From Candidatus Phoenicimicrobium oleiphilum (GTDB taxonomy: Bacteria > Atribacterota > Phoenicimicrobiia > Phoenicimicrobiales > Phoenicimicrobiaceae), in NCBI GenBank assembly GCA_039638295.1, contig JBDIWJ010000033.1:1-21522 (forward strand): a DNA stretch of 21,522 nucleotides, given 5' to 3'. The translations under genes were made by a program, and so were the position numbers. Each line of letters begins with the position of its first letter. Position 1 is the stretch's first letter. Positions 17,910-21,522 of the stretch are shown in pieces. Below the pieces are notes generated by a model. The model was not told the DNA's origin and ran no database searches. It was given only the letters and a program-made list of their open reading frames with translations.

Positions 17910-18970
17910 TAATTTTTCACTATTTCTTTTATTACCTTTATAGTAGTAAAAATATCTTCTTCACTAATTCCATAATGAGTAACTAAACGAACTTTGGTAG
18001 GTGGTCGGGGTGAACCTAAGATATTATATTTAGCTAATTCTTGTAAAAATTGATAAGTGTCCATACCTGCTTCTTGAACATCTAAGTATACCATATTTGT
18101 CTGGACTGTTTTTAAGTCTAACTTTATTCCTTTTATTTCATTTAAGCCTTCGCCTAAAATACGGGCATTTTTATGGTCTTCTTTTAATCTTTCAACCATC
18201 TTTTCTAAGGCAATTATCCCTGCTGCTGCTAAAATACCTGCCTGTCTCATTCCCCCACCTAACATCTTCCGATTTTTACGAGCTTTTTCAATAAATTCTT
18301 CTGACCCGGCCAAGATTGACCCCACCGGTGCACTTAACCCTTTAGAAAGACAAAACATTACTGAATCAACATCTTTTGTAAGGGTAGCTGGATCAAGATT
18401 TAATGCTACAGCAGCATTAAATATTCGGGCTCCGTCTAAATGAATCAGAATATTTCGCTGATGACCTAATTGGCAAATTTCTTCGATTATCTCAGGAGGA
18501 ATAATTGTTCCTCCGGCCCTATTATGAGTATTCTCTAAGCAAATTAGCCTGGTCTCGGGATAGTGAATATTTTTATCTCTTAATGCTTTTTTAATATCCC
18601 GTGGATCTGGAATACCTTTATCACCCGAAATCAACCGAGGAATCACCCCTGCGATAGCTGATATACCTCCTACCTCATAATAATACATATGGCAGTCCGA
18701 TTCTAAAATTACTTCGTCTCCTTTTTGGCAATGGGTTAAAACTGCAAGCAAATTACCCATAGTTCCACTAGCTACAAACAATGCTGCCTCTTTTCCCATC
18801 TTTTTTGCGGCTAATTCTTCTAATCTATTCACTGTGGGATCTTCTTGGTAAACATCATCTCCAACTTCCGCGTTTTTCATTGCTTCTCTCATCTCATTTG
18901 TTGGTAAGGTAACTGTATCACTTCTTAAATCAATTTTTTTGAGGTCACTATTTTTATTAAAAGTACTCAT
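17909..18970 (-). CDS. ltaE: Low-specificity L-threonine aldolase
   Basis: IDLRSDTVT, VGDDVY.EDPTV, SGTMGN, ENTHN, HLDGARIFNA, PLP-lysine CLSKGL. Start moved to ATG 18970 after SD GGAGGT. Confidence 0.96.
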   Translation of the reverse strand: MSTFNKNSDLKKIDLRSDTVTLPTNEMREAMKNAEVGDDVYQEDPTVNRLEELAAKKMGKEAALFVASGTMGNLLAVLTHCQKGDEVILESDCHMYYYEVGGISAIAGVIPRLISGDKGIPDPRDIKKALRDKNIHYPETRLICLENTHNRAGGTIIPPEIIEEICQLGHQRNILIHLDGARIFNAAVALNLDPATLTKDVDSVMFCLSKGLSAPVGSILAGSEEFIEKARKNRKMLGGGMRQAGILAAAGIIALEKMVERLKEDHKNARILGEGLNEIKGIKLDLKTVQTNMVYLDVQEAGMDTYQFLQELAKYNILGSPRPPTKVRLVTHYGISEEDIFTTIKVIKEIVKN

Positions 18971-18996
18971 ATTATTTACCTCCAAATTATATAAAG

Positions 18997-19272
18997 TATT
19001 CAGGAACCAGAAGCCAGTAGTCAGAATTAATTCGTTATTCGTATCTTGTATCTTGTATCTTGTATCTCTTTCAAGAAATTATTTTGTTCATATTATCATT
19101 CATTATTAAATTAAAAATTTAAAGCGAAAAGTGTAAAATCATAATTCAAAACTTAAAACTTTTTGAATTAATTTTGAATTTTAAGTTTTAGTTTTACGCT
19201 TTGCACTTTGCGTTTTTCGCTACTTCACTACTTGCTATAATTCGAGATACGATTCACGAGATACGAGATACA
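18997..19272. repeat. Nested heptamer inverted-arm repeat cluster (glnA-ltaE spacer)
   Basis: nAGYCAG array 18997-19024. TYGTATC x4 at 19039-19066 with inverted GAGATAC arm 19244-19272. Inner AAAA/TTTT-type arms at 19105-19160 and 19170-19221. Confidence 0.9.
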
Positions 19273-19328
19273 TTTTATGCTTGGCATTTTGTCATCTTCT
19301 CTATCAGATATATGCAAAATATCATTTA

Positions 19329-20660
19329 TCAATAAATTGTTAGATACCTATCTAATTCCCACTGGTGAACTTGAATGCGATAAGCTTCCCACTCCTCTTT
19401 TTTAGCTTCGATATAATTTTCTAAAATGTGAGGAGTTAAAGCAGATTTTACTACATCGTCTTTTTCTAACTCTATTAAAGCATCGTTTAAAGTAGTGGGC
19501 AAATTTTCAATACCTAAAGATTTTCTTTCTTCTTTACTCATTGTATAAATATTTTTGTTAATTGGCTCACCAGGATCAATTTGATTTTTTATACCATCTA
19601 TTCCTGCCTTTAGTATCACCGCAAAAGCTAAATAAGGGTTGCAGGATGGGTCAGGACTTCTCAATTCCGTCCTAGTGCCCTCTTTTCTTGCAATTGGGAC
19701 CCTGACTAAAGGGCTACGATTTCTCTCCGACCAGGCGATATAAACTGGTGCTTCATAACCAGGAGTCAATCTCTTATAAGAATTTACTAAAGGGTTTGTA
19801 ATGGCAGTAAAACCTTTAGCATGTTTTAATAATCCTCCAATGAAATACAGGGCTTCTTTACTCAATTGATATTTTTCTTCTGGATTGTAAAAGATATTTT
19901 TTCCATCTCTAAATAATGAAATATGAGTATGCATTCCCGAGCCAGGTGCCCCAAAAATGGGCTTAGGCATAAAGGTAACATGTAAATTATGTTTTAAGGC
20001 TATGGTTTTACTAGTAAGTTTTAAAGTCATTATCCTATCTGCTGCTGTAAGGGCATCTGAATATTTAAAATCAATCTCGTGTTGGCCGGGTGCAACTTCA
20101 TGATGAGATGCTTCGATTTCAAAACCTAATTTTTCCAAAGCTATTACCATATCCCTTCTTGCCTCTTCTCCTAAATCAACTGGTAAAAGGTCGAAATATC
20201 CACCCTGGTCATGAGTCTTGGTAGTGGCTTTCCCTTCTTGGTCTTTAAAAAACAGAAAAAATTCTACCTCTGGTCCCAAGTTAGGGGAATATCCCATTTC
20301 TTCAACTTCTTTTAATATTCTTTTTAAATTATTTCTGGGGCAGCCTTCAAATGGTGAACCATTGGGGTTATAAACATCACAAGTGATTCGAGCTACATCT
20401 TTTTCTTCTTCCCAAGGATTTATCGTAAAAGTTGAATAATCTGGTCTTAAATACATATCAGATTCTTCAATCCGCACAAAGCCCTGGATAGAAGAACCAT
20501 CAAACATAATCTTTCCATCGAGAGCCTTTTCAAATTCTCTTATTGGAATTTCCACATTTTTGGGCATACCTAAAATATCAGTAAATCGTAGTCTTACAAA
20601 CTTTACCTTTAATTCTTTAGCCTTTTTTAAAATCTCTTCTTTGGTTACCTTCCTCATCAA
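19329..20660 (-). CDS. glnA: Glutamine synthetase type I (alpha-like)
   Basis: [51 protein letters not shown]. Start could be TTG 20660 or ATG 20657. Confidence 0.97.
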   Translation of the reverse strand: MMRKVTKEEILKKAKELKVKFVRLRFTDILGMPKNVEIPIREFEKALDGKIMFDGSSIQGFVRIEESDMYLRPDYSTFTINPWEEEKDVARITCDVYNPNGSPFEGCPRNNLKRILKEVEEMGYSPNLGPEVEFFLFFKDQEGKATTKTHDQGGYFDLLPVDLGEEARRDMVIALEKLGFEIEASHHEVAPGQHEIDFKYSDALTAADRIMTLKLTSKTIALKHNLHVTFMPKPIFGAPGSGMHTHISLFRDGKNIFYNPEEKYQLSKEALYFIGGLLKHAKGFTAITNPLVNSYKRLTPGYEAPVYIAWSERNRSPLVRVPIARKEGTRTELRSPDPSCNPYLAFAVILKAGIDGIKNQIDPGEPINKNIYTMSKEERKSLGIENLPTTLNDALIELEKDDVVKSALTPHILENYIEAKKEEWEAYRIQVHQWELDRYLTIY

Positions 20661-20754
20661 TAATCGCCCCCTTAAAATCTCTCTTAATTTTGTTTTTAAT
20701 TTATTATACTCTTACAATTTCTTTTCACAAAATTTTTTTCTAACAAATACCCTT

Positions 20755-21522
20755 TCATTCAACAGTAACACTTTTAGCTAAATTTCTTGGTTTGTCAACA
20801 TCACAACCTAATCTATCAGCAATATGATAAGCAAACAATTGTAAAGGTATAACTGTTAATACAGGATATAATATATCTAAAGTTTTGGGAATATAGAACA
20901 CTCGATCTACTACATTTTTAATTTCTTGATCGCCCTCAGTAGCAATACCTAATACCAGAGTATTTCGTGCTTTAACCTCTTTTATATTGTTAACTACTTT
21001 AGTGTAAACCCTATCACGGGGTACTATTACTACAGCTGGAAAATCTTTATCCAAGAGAGCAATGGGACCATGTTTCATCTCTCCTGCTGGATAACCTTCA
21101 GCATGGATATAAGAAATCTCCTTGAGTTTTAAAGCTCCTTCTAAAGCAATGGGGTAATTGATTCCTCTCCCCAGGTAAAGAAAATTATGAAATTTATAAA
21201 ATTCTTCACTTAATTTAGCAATTTCTAGGTCTTTAAATAAAATAATCTCAACCAATTGAGGAATCTTTATTAATTCAGAAATTATTTTCTTAATCTCTGC
21301 CAAATTAAGAGCTTCCCTAACTTTAGCAAAATAAAGAGACAATATGTAAAGACACATTAATTGCCCAATAAAAGCTTTCGTAGTAGCCACACCTATTTCT
21401 GGACCTGCATTAATATACATTATACTATCTGCTTCCCTACTGATAGTGCTTCCTCTTACATTAGTAAGAGCTAAAACGTGGGAACCAAGTTCCTTGCAAG
21501 CCCTTAAAGCGGCAATAGTATC
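20755..21522 (-). CDS. glmS: Glutamine-fructose-6-phosphate aminotransferase, C-terminal part (5' end outside the window)
   Basis: AGPEIGVATTK, EGALKLKEISYIHAEG, EMKHGPIAL, DKPRNLAKSVTVE. The frame stays open to the window edge (DTIAALRACKELGSHVLALTNVRGSTISRE). Confidence 0.98.
   Translation of the reverse strand, partial: DTIAALRACKELGSHVLALTNVRGSTISREADSIMYINAGPEIGVATTKAFIGQLMCLYILSLYFAKVREALNLAEIKKIISELIKIPQLVEIILFKDLEIAKLSEEFYKFHNFLYLGRGINYPIALEGALKLKEISYIHAEGYPAGEMKHGPIALLDKDFPAVVIVPRDRVYTKVVNNIKEVKARNTLVLGIATEGDQEIKNVVDRVFYIPKTLDILYPVLTVIPLQLFAYHIADRLGCDVDKPRNLAKSVTVE

Noticed and set aside
20755..21420. Stand-alone 221-aa SIS-domain protein as given in the ORF track
   Set aside because: The frame is open to the window edge with GlmS-like sequence, so this is the truncated view of glmS.

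Overview
AT-rich bacterial chromosomal window with two convergent blocks of housekeeping genes. The style suggests an anaerobe, possibly Atribacterota/JS1-like, but that is an unverified impression. Plus strand: gcvH-gcvPA-gcvPB-gcvT (glycine cleavage), an alanine/glycine:cation symporter and alanine dehydrogenase. Minus strand: glmS (partial)-glnA-ltaE-PaaI thioesterase-fxsA-acpS-nnr-alr-tsaE-tsaB-rimI-tsaD-groES-groEL, with a perfect CIRCE operator. The blocks meet at a bidirectional terminator. The proteins are ordinary; the unusual signal is non-coding. Most large spacers are filled with homologous, modular repeats built from degenerate 7-nt and 8-nt tandem units. These are arranged as inverted arms, nested in different orders, co-oriented with transcription, and wedged between the upstream stop codon and the downstream ribosome-binding site. 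One ~165-bp family has four copies (two full-length, one internally deleted, one truncated by the window edge with a different interior). No transposase is in the window. All alignments and counts were done by eye.
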